Part shown: positions 26,237 through 34,479 of the stretch, piece by piece
How the letters are laid out: the number at the start of each line of letters is the position of its first letter
Position numbering within the stretch: the first letter of the stretch is position 1
Made by a program: the position numbers and the translations under genes
Notes under the pieces: model-generated
Told to the model about the DNA's origin: nothing
Databases searched by the model: none
Seen by the model: the letters and a program-made list of their open reading frames with translations, nothing else
Source of the DNA: a virus
Lineage: Duplodnaviria; Caudoviricetes
DNA: 35,506 nucleotides
IMG/VR virus record: IMGVR_UViG_3300042297_000090
Span: 1 to 35,506 of that record
Direction: 5' to 3' (one strand)

Positions 26237-26645
26237 CTGCGCGCCCCACTGGCCAAGCCATGACAGGCGCAATGCGTATCATGCCGTCGTGACTAAATGC
26301 AATTGCAGAGCCTATCATCATGACGCCCAGCACGCCACCATCACTAACTATATCACCACGCATGGCTTGCAATGGCGCTATGCGTTCACCAAGGCAAGCA
26401 TCCGCCGCATCTGTCAGCGATCGCCAGCCCATGTCTTTAAGCCACCGGCCTTGGCCTGCTTCACTGCGATACGGACGTGCGCCATCAAATGCTAGACGCT
26501 CACCGCTTACTGCTTCAATTGCATCTAGCACAAAGGCCACGCAATCCTTGCCCCAACCAAACGCATATTCGCGCTCTTGCCAATTTGCCAAAACGGCGTG
26601 CAAGCGCGGCTCCCATTCTGGGTGACGGGTAGTTAAGCGCATCAC
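26229..26645 (-). CDS. NlpC/P60-like tail assembly protein (DUF6950-like)
   Basis: R.PEWE.RL, F.WG.DC..F, A.RGDIV. Confidence 0.75.
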   Translation of the reverse strand: MMRLTTRHPEWEPRLHAVLANWQEREYAFGWGKDCVAFVLDAIEAVSGERLAFDGARPYRSEAGQGRWLKDMGWRSLTDAADACLGERIAPLQAMRGDIVSDGGVLGVMMIGSAIAFSHDGMIRIAPVMAWPVGRADG

Positions 26646-27283
26646 CGTTCCCTTGTAAAATCTTCAAGGCCAGGGTTGCGTGATCCGCCACCGCCGGGAA
26701 TAATGTTAGGCGTCCATCCGCCAGCCTTAATAACCGCGCTTGATGTGTCACCGGCATCATATAAAGTAGACTGCAAGTAGGTGCGATTTTGAGCATTGCT
26801 TAACAGGCTCAAATAGTTTTCCGACTGCATGGTGATAATGTAACTTTGCGCGTCTGCCTCTTGCGATGGCTGGGTCATATAACCGCGATATAATGGCCGC
26901 AGTTGCGTAACCGTTGCGCCGCCGCTTGTTACCGTTTCAATGTCATATATGGCAAGCCAAAGCCTAACGCGCCGGCCAACATAAAGCGCCGGGGTTTCAA
27001 TTGCGCTCATAAGCGCCGTATCTGCCGGATCGGCCAACAACCTAAACCCTAGCGCATCACCACCGCCCTGTTCCTGTGAAACAGGTTCGACAGATAGCAC
27101 ATCGCTATTGGCCACAGGGAATGTAATGTTGGCGCAATCAGCGTCACTGTCAGCAAGGCCGGTCGGAACGTGGATCGGGCATGGCGCAAACGCACCGCGC
27201 AATGGCAAATCTTGAAAATCTGCAAAAAACAAAATTGCGCCGGTAACGCCATCAGCCGATAGCGTAGCGTTATTAAGTGCCAT
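26642..27283 (-). CDS. Minor tail / hub protein
   Basis: GRRVRLWLA, YRGYM; between the distal tail and NlpC-like genes; TAATG coupling. Confidence 0.7.
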   Translation of the reverse strand: MALNNATLSADGVTGAILFFADFQDLPLRGAFAPCPIHVPTGLADSDADCANITFPVANSDVLSVEPVSQEQGGGDALGFRLLADPADTALMSAIETPALYVGRRVRLWLAIYDIETVTSGGATVTQLRPLYRGYMTQPSQEADAQSYIITMQSENYLSLLSNAQNRTYLQSTLYDAGDTSSAVIKAGGWTPNIIPGGGGSRNPGLEDFTRER

Positions 27284-27900
27284 TAGAACCATTCCTCTGC
27301 GCTAATGGTTCCAATTTCATACACGGTGCCAGGCGTTGCAGCCCATCTAATAGGATCACGCAAACGCATAACAGCAACCGGCGTATGCAGGCGCACCGTA
27401 GCGCCATTGGATGGTGATTGGCGCAATGGCGTTGCTAGTGTTGCAATGCCAACGCCGCTGCCGTCACCCGTCAACGGTGCCGCCAAAGCGCACAGTTGTT
27501 CATCACCATTGGGCAACGCAATGCTGATGAGCGAGCCGTTAGCGAGGTTTGTTACGCCAGTTGCCAAGCCGGTTAGCGACAGCGTAAATCCAAGCTGGCT
27601 GCCACCGTTAACGGTGCAAGTGGCTGGGACTGGTGCAGAGGCTTGCGCCACTTCAACCGCCGGCAAACGAAAGCCTACGGTTGTGGCGTAGCTAAAGGCT
27701 AGCCATTGCCGAATGTTCCGCAATTGCGCTTGGCTGGCAGTCGGCACAACTTCCAAATCGCAAAACCACCGGGCAGATGGGCCAATTCTGACAGCCCGCG
27801 TGCGGCCCGTAAATTCGCTGCGGTTATAAATAATGCCGCCTTGCTGCCGCCAGTTTGCGCTGCGGAAAACAACGCCAGCGGGAAGATCAACAATGCTCAT
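27283..27900 (-). CDS. Distal tail-like minor tail protein
   Basis: Immediately after the tape measure; RSEFTG, RW, PLRQSP motifs. Confidence 0.7.
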   Translation of the reverse strand: MSIVDLPAGVVFRSANWRQQGGIIYNRSEFTGRTRAVRIGPSARWFCDLEVVPTASQAQLRNIRQWLAFSYATTVGFRLPAVEVAQASAPVPATCTVNGGSQLGFTLSLTGLATGVTNLANGSLISIALPNGDEQLCALAAPLTGDGSGVGIATLATPLRQSPSNGATVRLHTPVAVMRLRDPIRWAATPGTVYEIGTISAEEWF

Positions 27901-27901
27901 C

Positions 27902-29737
27902 TTAAGCCCCTGCTGACATCATCATTCGTGGCCGCGCGGCCTTGCGCATTTGCTCACCTGCTGCCGCTGTTGCGCCTTGCACAACCGTTGTGACAAACAG
28001 CGGTGACGGCTCAACCATTACACGCACTTGCTGTTCACCGCCAGTGCCACCGCCAGACTTGTTGGCATTGATATAACCGGAAGAGTTTGGAACAAATAAT
28101 TCTGGCCCCCGCTCACCAACTAGATAGGCGTTGCCCATAGACACAGGCCCGCCATTAGCACGAGCGCCGCCAAAAACTTTGCCCAAGCCGCCAAGGCTAC
28201 TACCAAACCCAACGCCAAACGCGCCGCCAGATATGATGTTGAGCAAACCGCTGGTCAGGATTTGCGCGGCCAAGCCTTTAAGCACATCACCAAAGCTGCG
28301 GCCAAAAACAATTGCTTGCGCCAGCCCTTCCGTCAACGTGCGGGTGTAGTCCTCGGCCAGCGTGATCTGCTCTCGATCAACCAGATCAAGGCTAAAGTCA
28401 TATTGCTGCAAGTCGCGCATGGTTTCGGCCACGCCCTTTAATGCTTCATTGCTCAATTCAATGTTGGCAGGCGTTCCAGCGTCAAGCAATTGCCGCAATT
28501 CAAAGCCGCTCTCCATGTTGGCGGCGGTAAATTCTTTTGTAGTTTTGCCTTTTTTCTTTTTAGCAGTACTAGTTGAACGTGCCAATGGCCGCGCACCACC
28601 ATAACCTGGCACCATGTTTCCAAAACCGCCAAGCGCAATATCAGATGCGTTTGCACTTTCAAATTCGCCAAGCTGGCGCTGCGCTGCTCTTTCCGCCGCT
28701 TGAATATTGGCAAACGCCTGTGATGACATTGGGAAAATGCCCTCTTGCCGGCGTTGTGCAGCAATGCGCGCAAGCCGCGCTTCGTTGGCTTGACGCACCA
28801 ACCGATCACGCATTCCGCTTGGCGTGCCTGACATTGCGGCTTCATCAAAGCTTGTTGTCATCATCGCGCCAACGCCTTGCGTTTGACGAATGTTAGCCAA
28901 ACCCTGCGCAACACGCGAAAGATATTCAATGCTCTTAGTGGCCTTGTCTAACTGGCCCATAAACAAATTATTAAAACCCAATGCGCCAAGTGCAGTCGCA
29001 AACCGTGATGCGGCATCTTCAAGATTGGACAGTTTGCCGCCGATAGTGTCCATTTGCTTGGCCATGCTGCCAGCAAACACTCCGCTTTCATCACCAAGCC
29101 CGCGCAAGTATGCGGTAATTGCCTCTGCCGTGTTTTGAACGGTTGTTGTTACACCTTGGAAGGTAAACTTGACTTTGTCGCCTTCCTTGCTGGCCTTGAT
29201 GCCAAACTCCTTTAGGCGTTCAAATTCACCTGTTGCCGCATCTGCAACAGCCTCAATGAACTGCATCACATCTTTGCCCATCGCGGCAGACGTGTTGCCA
29301 AAGGAACGCATAGCGTCGATGCTGGGATCAAGACCTAGGTTTTTAAGTTTGATAAAACCCTCAACGACTTGAGTAAGCGTAAATGGCGTTTCGGCAGCAA
29401 ACCCTTGCAAGTCTTTCATTGCCGTAGCGGCAGCCGACGTGCTGCCTGTCGCTACTTCAAGCTGGGCTGACAGCCGCTGCATATCAGCATTGGCGCGCAC
29501 CATAAAAGATGCCGCTTGACCAACGGACAAAAACGCCGTCGCCATCGCGGCAATTTTTACCGTGGCCATACTAGCAGCCTTGCCCATCCCAGCAAAACCG
29601 TCGTCAATCTTTTTTAATTTGGTTGCGCCCTTGTCAGCAAACGCATCAATATCAGTCCGGGCTTTGGCCACTTCCTGCCGCAGCAATGTTGTGCTGGCGT
29701 CAATCTGCAACAGCAGCCTTTGCACATCTTCAGCCAT
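27902..29737 (-). CDS. Tape measure protein (611 aa)
   Basis: FAAETPF.L, GNTSAAMGK, AVADAATGEFERLKEFGI, SNLED, C-terminal RANGGPV....YLVGERGPELFVP. Confidence 0.92.
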   Translation of the reverse strand: MAEDVQRLLLQIDASTTLLRQEVAKARTDIDAFADKGATKLKKIDDGFAGMGKAASMATVKIAAMATAFLSVGQAASFMVRANADMQRLSAQLEVATGSTSAAATAMKDLQGFAAETPFTLTQVVEGFIKLKNLGLDPSIDAMRSFGNTSAAMGKDVMQFIEAVADAATGEFERLKEFGIKASKEGDKVKFTFQGVTTTVQNTAEAITAYLRGLGDESGVFAGSMAKQMDTIGGKLSNLEDAASRFATALGALGFNNLFMGQLDKATKSIEYLSRVAQGLANIRQTQGVGAMMTTSFDEAAMSGTPSGMRDRLVRQANEARLARIAAQRRQEGIFPMSSQAFANIQAAERAAQRQLGEFESANASDIALGGFGNMVPGYGGARPLARSTSTAKKKKGKTTKEFTAANMESGFELRQLLDAGTPANIELSNEALKGVAETMRDLQQYDFSLDLVDREQITLAEDYTRTLTEGLAQAIVFGRSFGDVLKGLAAQILTSGLLNIISGGAFGVGFGSSLGGLGKVFGGARANGGPVSMGNAYLVGERGPELFVPNSSGYINANKSGGGTGGEQQVRVMVEPSPLFVTTVVQGATAAAGEQMRKAARPRMMMSAGA

Positions 29738-29745
29738 TGTTCACC

Positions 29746-29913
29746 TCATTGCCGTTTGTTCATTTCCTTGTGAACTTCCAGCGCGGCCCAAACTTCATGC
29801 GGCGTGGCCTGCCAAAAGTTGGACGGAGGCAAATGAAACACCGCCGTCCATATACCCATCAGCCGGCGTCGGGGATCGCCGTCTCCGTCTCCATCGCCGG
29901 CTTCCACTCCCCC
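29746..29913 (-). CDS. Tail assembly chaperone C-terminal extension (lambda T-like, -1 frame)
   Basis: RRLMGIWTAVFHLPPSNFWQATPHEVWAA in the -1 frame relative to 29859..30281; could also start at the ATG at 29859. Confidence 0.7.
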   Translation of the reverse strand, partial: GGVEAGDGDGDGDPRRRLMGIWTAVFHLPPSNFWQATPHEVWAALEVHKEMNKRQ

Positions 29914-30281
29914 GATGACGTAACGCCGCCAGTCGCAGCAGCCATCAGCACAATCGCGCAACGCTCAGTTGCCCTAACGATCCCGCCTTCGTGGATTAGG
30001 CTGGCAACCTTTTTGACGTTAGCACCTGCTGCGCTTCGCGTGATTGGCGTTGCGTTGCCCTCTGCAACCTGCTGCTTGCCCCAAGATTTGATGCACTCGG
30101 TCACGATGATAGCCGCATCGCCAAGCTTCAATTCGCCCTGCGCTGCCATATTGACCAGCGCAACAATGCCGCGATTAGTTTGGCTTTCAATCTCTTCGAT
30201 CGCCTCATAACTGGGTCGCATCACATATGTCGCGTCAAGATCAATTGTGACCTCGCCACGGCTGTTAGGTTCATTCGCCAT
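29859..30281 (-). CDS. Tail assembly chaperone (GTA gp10-like)
   Basis: N..RGEV.IDL...YVMRPSYEAI.EIE; upstream of the tape measure. Confidence 0.8.
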   Translation of the reverse strand: MANEPNSRGEVTIDLDATYVMRPSYEAIEEIESQTNRGIVALVNMAAQGELKLGDAAIIVTECIKSWGKQQVAEGNATPITRSAAGANVKKVASLIHEGGIVRATERCAIVLMAAATGGVTSSGEWKPAMETETAIPDAG

Positions 30282-30531
30282 CAGTCACCTTTGGTTCGGG
30301 GTAGAATTCAAGCAACGCATTACGCCACACAAATTCATCACCGGCAAGCGCCATCGCCTGCGCTAGCACATCAGCCTGACGCTTATCACCTAGCATAGGC
30401 CCAGCAATAAGCGCCAGCACTGACCAACCGGGAGGCATAGGCCCGGTCAATGCTTCACGCGGAAAGCACCCGCAGCCCGCCAGCACAGCCACATCGTGAC
30501 CGGCTGGCGGCGCTTTGATCTTGTCCAGCAT
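30271..30531 (-). CDS. Hypothetical protein between tail tube and chaperone
   Basis: TAATG-coupled 86-aa ORF. Confidence 0.55.
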   Translation of the reverse strand: MLDKIKAPPAGHDVAVLAGCGCFPREALTGPMPPGWSVLALIAGPMLGDKRQADVLAQAMALAGDEFVWRNALLEFYPEPKVTDGE

Positions 30532-30953
30532 TAGGCCAGAAGATCAGTGGTAGGCGCTGCGGTCGGCGTCAGGCTAACCGTCGTCGCGTGAACGTCATTC
30601 AGCGGGCTGCTAGCGCCCATGCTGGCAACGCGCATAATGCAAGCAAACACCACGTCACCGGATGCGAAAGGCGACTTGCGCACCTGAACGCCAGCAGACG
30701 CGCCGCTAGCATAGATGGTTTCAAGCCGCGCGTGACCGTTGGCGTCGGGCAGATCGGGCCGATATTCCATCGACATTGCGTAGTTGCGCATGGCACGTTC
30801 CGTGACTTCAACCGTGCTGGCCTTGTCAACAGTGCTATACGAAACTTCGCCGCGATCAATGGTGTGGCTAATTTGACCAGCCACCACGTTGAACGAACCG
30901 GTTGTCGCGCTTTCGATAAAGACGCGGTAGTTGTTAGCTGAAAGTTTAGGCAT
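30531..30953 (-). CDS. Major tail (tube) protein
   Basis: 140 aa, strong AAGGAG RBS, follows the tail terminator; beta-rich. Confidence 0.8.
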   Translation of the reverse strand: MPKLSANNYRVFIESATTGSFNVVAGQISHTIDRGEVSYSTVDKASTVEVTERAMRNYAMSMEYRPDLPDANGHARLETIYASGASAGVQVRKSPFASGDVVFACIMRVASMGASSPLNDVHATTVSLTPTAAPTTDLLA

Positions 30954-30965
30954 TGATTGGACTCC

Positions 30966-31385
30966 TTACAAAACTATGACTTCAAACGTCTGGCGGCCAA
31001 CGTGAACCAAATTGGCCTCGGTCGCTTCTTCACCAACACCGGACGATTGAAGCCGGCACTCTCCCACCGCGAAGCCGGAAACGGTAAGAGAAACTTTTTC
31101 AAGCCGCGTATAAATAGCAGCAATGATAGCCTGTGCGCTAGCCTTTGATCGCCCGCGATAGACAGTCACAATGTTAATACTAACGCGCCGATCAAAGCCA
31201 GCTTTGGTTTCGGTCGGCCCTAGGTCTACGCCATCAACAACAATTACTGCCGGCACGGTTTCATCAGGCACGCGCTGATAGACCGGCACATTATAGCTAG
31301 TGCCGCCCTCCGTGTAGGTAATGGCCGGCGATGCCAGTGCGTTCAACACCGCCAACGCGATCGGCCCCGTTGGATCGTTCGCCAT
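30966..31385 (-). CDS. Tail terminator/completion protein (DUF3168-like)
   Basis: VYQRVP....P, I.AAIY.RL....L.V.GF, H.G.QTF. Confidence 0.75.
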   Translation of the reverse strand: MANDPTGPIALAVLNALASPAITYTEGGTSYNVPVYQRVPDETVPAVIVVDGVDLGPTETKAGFDRRVSINIVTVYRGRSKASAQAIIAAIYTRLEKVSLTVSGFAVGECRLQSSGVGEEATEANLVHVGRQTFEVIVL

Positions 31386-31387
31386 TA

Positions 31388-31873
31388 TCAGCCCCCGACA
31401 GACAGTCGTTTAACCGCACTGCCCAAAACTTTGCGAAGGTTTTCGCCTAGTGTCCGCTCCATAAACTGTTGGGTTCGGCCCCTAACAAAATCATATCGCC
31501 CGGCTGGTATAGCACGAATTTTCATTAAATACACGGCCACACCACCAGAAACAGGTTTGCGCCGCTTGACGGTGACAACCTTTGACTTGCGGCCATATTC
31601 CAAAATGCGCGCATACCAAACGCGGCGTTGCACTGCTTTAGTCAAAAGCCCTACGCGCAAGCGCAAGGTTTTGGGAAATACCTTAAACGCCAGCGCCGCC
31701 CTCAGCTTGCCTGAGCGCGATGGCGTCTCACTGCGCGCATAGGCCAGGATGGCAGGCGCATGTCGCTGATACGCGCTTACAATTTCCTTTTCGGTTTCCG
31801 GCCCGATGTTAGACAAGATGCGCCGAATGCGAACGCGATCGCGGGTTGCAAACTGGCTTTTGCCGCGCGCCAT
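31388..31873 (-). CDS. HK97 gp10-like neck protein
   Basis: P.RSGKLR, WYARILEYG; basic. Confidence 0.8.
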   Translation of the reverse strand: MARGKSQFATRDRVRIRRILSNIGPETEKEIVSAYQRHAPAILAYARSETPSRSGKLRAALAFKVFPKTLRLRVGLLTKAVQRRVWYARILEYGRKSKVVTVKRRKPVSGGVAVYLMKIRAIPAGRYDFVRGRTQQFMERTLGENLRKVLGSAVKRLSVGG

Positions 31874-32211
31874 TACGTTGGCACACCAGCCGTGGCCTGA
31901 ATGACTAAATGCGTCCTGCGCCCGTCAATGTCTGCCACGCTGTCAATGCGCAGCGGCGTTTGTTGGGTGCTATCAATCCACATTAGTCGGCAATCTGGCG
32001 TTACGTCGCGGCGATAACGCATGTGCAATTTGTAACGCTGTTGGCCAATCGAAATAAGATCAGCCTCATCAATTTTTGTGCCGCCTTGTGGCAGCAATTC
32101 AGCCCAAACCGTTGCTATGCTGGCCCAGGCTGTCACCTCACCACCAGCGCCATCGCTGATGTTGTTCGGTGCCTCAATGCGCACCAGATGACGCATTTTG
32201 CCAATGCGCAT
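31873..32211 (-). CDS. Head closure protein (SPP1 gp16-like)
   Basis: MRIGKMRHLVRIE, DGAGG....W....TVWA, MRYRRDV. Confidence 0.88.
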   Translation of the reverse strand: MRIGKMRHLVRIEAPNNISDGAGGEVTAWASIATVWAELLPQGGTKIDEADLISIGQQRYKLHMRYRRDVTPDCRLMWIDSTQQTPLRIDSVADIDGRRTHLVIQATAGVPT

Positions 32212-33101
32212 TAGGACACCCGCTTAACGCGATAGTGCGTGATCAAGCTGTCATAGGCCATTGGCACCGTCACTGGCGATCGGTCACTATTCACCGCCTC
32301 ACGGTTTTCATACCAGTGGCCGATCAACAATAGCGCCGCTTGCCGCAAGCTAGACGGCACAGCGTAATTGTTGGCATATCCAGCGTTATAGATGACGCGC
32401 ACGCAACCGCTTACATTTTCAAGCTCTGGCCATGATACACCATTGGCAGGCACAATTACCTTTGCGCCCCAATAGTCCCGCAGCCGATACTGATTGGCCG
32501 CCAGCGTTTGCTGCGCGCCGTTTGGATCATCATACACAATTGACGTAACGCTGTTTGCTGGCCCACGCCACAACGGCAGGCTGTGACCGTTCCAATTATC
32601 AAAGGCAATGGCCACGTCTCGCGCCCGCAAGACCAGCCCAGTGTCACCTTCCACCTTGTCCTGCGCCGCGCGGATGAGAGCAATGACAAAATCATCCTCT
32701 GCATCATCAACAATGCGAAGATGGGCCTTTGCTTCTGTAATGGTCACAGGTGCCGGCAGCGTATCAGACTGCTGCACGCGCACCAGAACCGATCGCTGGA
32801 ACGTGCGGGCTGGTGTGGCGCTTGTCGTAACGGTTGCGGTGACAACCGCCAAGACGCCAGCAACAAACGCGGTGTTGCTAGGCTGATTGCATGTCAGCCA
32901 GAACTTGACGTTTTTGACAGCGGCAATGGGCGCATAAGCACCAGAGCCAATGGCCAAGCCAACAGCCGTGGATGCCGCGTCAATCGAAACAGATTGCAGC
33001 GTAACAACCTCTGCCGTTTCTAGCAGATCATCAAACTTGATCAGATAATCAGCAACGTCAGCCGGATCATGGCTGCCAACGTATAGCGGTGCGTCACTCA
33101 T
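32211..33101 (-). CDS. Head-tail adaptor (HK97 gp6-like) with an extra N-terminal ~110-aa domain
   Basis: C-part PVTITEAKAHLRI...ED...LI.AA, VP.SLRQAALLLIGHWYENRE; N-part HDPADVADYLIKFDDLL...VKFWL...RTFQRSVLVRVQQ. Confidence 0.85.
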   Translation of the reverse strand: MSDAPLYVGSHDPADVADYLIKFDDLLETAEVVTLQSVSIDAASTAVGLAIGSGAYAPIAAVKNVKFWLTCNQPSNTAFVAGVLAVVTATVTTSATPARTFQRSVLVRVQQSDTLPAPVTITEAKAHLRIVDDAEDDFVIALIRAAQDKVEGDTGLVLRARDVAIAFDNWNGHSLPLWRGPANSVTSIVYDDPNGAQQTLAANQYRLRDYWGAKVIVPANGVSWPELENVSGCVRVIYNAGYANNYAVPSSLRQAALLLIGHWYENREAVNSDRSPVTVPMAYDSLITHYRVKRVS

Positions 33102-33958
33102 ATAGCTACCTCGCGCCGGTTGCCGGCCAGCTTCACAATGCGCCGTGCTGCATTGGTCAAGCCATCTGTCAATATATTAACATTACTGCCAACCAAACCC
33201 AACTGTCCATCGTTGGCAACCAAAATAACCGTCACGCCAAGCGTGGCTTGCTGGCCCACTAGGCCGATCACACCGGCATCAGCCAACACGCCCGCGTTGG
33301 CGCTTAGTGTAGCTTGCAAACCCGCCAGGCCAAACGTGCCATTGTCCGGTGCAATGGTAGCATCTGCGCCAAGTGTAGCTTGATCGCCAGCCAAACCGAT
33401 CGTGCTATTATCTGCACTAAACAGGATTGTTATGGCTAGCGTGGCCTCTTGGCCAACCAGCCCCAGTGTGCCAGCATCCGGTGCAATGGTGGCATCTGCG
33501 CCAACAGTGGCTTGCTGGCCTGACAAGCCAAGCGTGCCGGCATCTGGTGACAGAGTTGCAACGCCGGTAAAGCTTGCCTCCTCACCAACCAGCCCCAATG
33601 TGCCGGCATCTGCGGTGATAAAGGCAGCGGCTCCAAGGGTTGCGTTGCTGCCAACCAGGTCAAGCGTGCCAGCATCAGCCGTAACAGTGGCGTCTGCCGT
33701 GAATGACGTTGTGTCACCCAGCAGGCCAACCGTGCTAGCTTCAGCAACAATGTCAGCAACCGCGCCGATCGTTGCAGCGCCACCAACTAGGCCAAGCGTT
33801 CCCGCGTCCGCCGTGATAGCCGCATCAGCAGATAGCGTGGCCTCTTGCCCGACAAGCCCGATCGTGCCGCTGTCAGCAACAAAGTTTGTGTCAGGCGGTT
33901 GGACAAACGCAAACCCGCCGTCCGGTTGGCCGCCTAGCGGATATGCGCCAAGAAACAT
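33098..33958 (-). CDS. Structural protein with 11 tandem 22-aa repeats
   Basis: Consensus (A/P)DAGTLGLVGQ.ATLGADATI.; short unique N- and C-termini. Confidence 0.8.
   Translation of the reverse strand: MFLGAYPLGGQPDGGFAFVQPPDTNFVADSGTIGLVGQEATLSADAAITADAGTLGLVGGAATIGAVADIVAEASTVGLLGDTTSFTADATVTADAGTLDLVGSNATLGAAAFITADAGTLGLVGEEASFTGVATLSPDAGTLGLSGQQATVGADATIAPDAGTLGLVGQEATLAITILFSADNSTIGLAGDQATLGADATIAPDNGTFGLAGLQATLSANAGVLADAGVIGLVGQQATLGVTVILVANDGQLGLVGSNVNILTDGLTNAARRIVKLAGNRREVAI
33152..33877 (-). repeat. 11 x 66-bp degenerate coding tandem repeat
   Basis: Repeat units counted from the translation (aa 28-269). Confidence 0.8.
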
Positions 33959-33967
33959 GACGGTTCC

Positions 33968-34468
33968 TTAAACCGGAAGCGCCGGCCACTCAATGTGAAA
34001 TGGATCAGCTTGCGTAGTAATATCACGCAAAGCCTGCCGATACAAAGCCCATTGGCTTTTGTCCGTGTTGGCAATTGGCGTGTCGTCTAGCTGCGTCCAG
34101 TCGGTATCAGCCAGGCGCTTGTTGCGGTCGGTGCGGATGGCCTCCCACTGCGCGTCATCCTTCTGCGCCTTGTAAGCGGCTTCCTGCTCTGCCGCTGTGT
34201 GCGTCACACCTTCATCGTCGGTGTAATCAGCAAACACCGGGCCGATGGCATATTTGGTAAACCACTTGCCGTTGATCTCTTCAACGCCGTCGCGGAAGGC
34301 AAACTGATACACGGTTGTCGTCACAGGCTGCGGCCCTTCCAGCACCGGATCAACGCCCAGAAACTCCAAGTCTGCCGGCGTCAGCACAGCAGGCAAGCTG
34401 GCGTTGGGAAACGCGCCCTTTAGGTCGGTGATGATCTCGCCGGTTTCTTTGATACGGTATTCGGGCAT
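33968..34468 (-). CDS. Fibre assembly chaperone (Tfa / Phage_tail_APC-like)
   Basis: W.AIRTDRNKRLADTDWTQL.D.P, W..YRQALRDIT.Q, I.WP..P. Confidence 0.85.
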   Translation of the reverse strand: MPEYRIKETGEIITDLKGAFPNASLPAVLTPADLEFLGVDPVLEGPQPVTTTVYQFAFRDGVEEINGKWFTKYAIGPVFADYTDDEGVTHTAAEQEAAYKAQKDDAQWEAIRTDRNKRLADTDWTQLDDTPIANTDKSQWALYRQALRDITTQADPFHIEWPALPV

Positions 34469-34479
34469 GGTGTTAGTCC

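Noticed and set aside
24056-33101. Gene transfer agent cluster
   Set aside because: Some tail genes are GTA-like, but the element has its own replication, HNH/cos-type packaging and lysis genes and closes as a circle with no host genes.
33152-33877. 66-bp periodicity resembling a CRISPR array
   Set aside because: The units are degenerate, in-frame coding repeats with no constant repeat and unique spacer structure.
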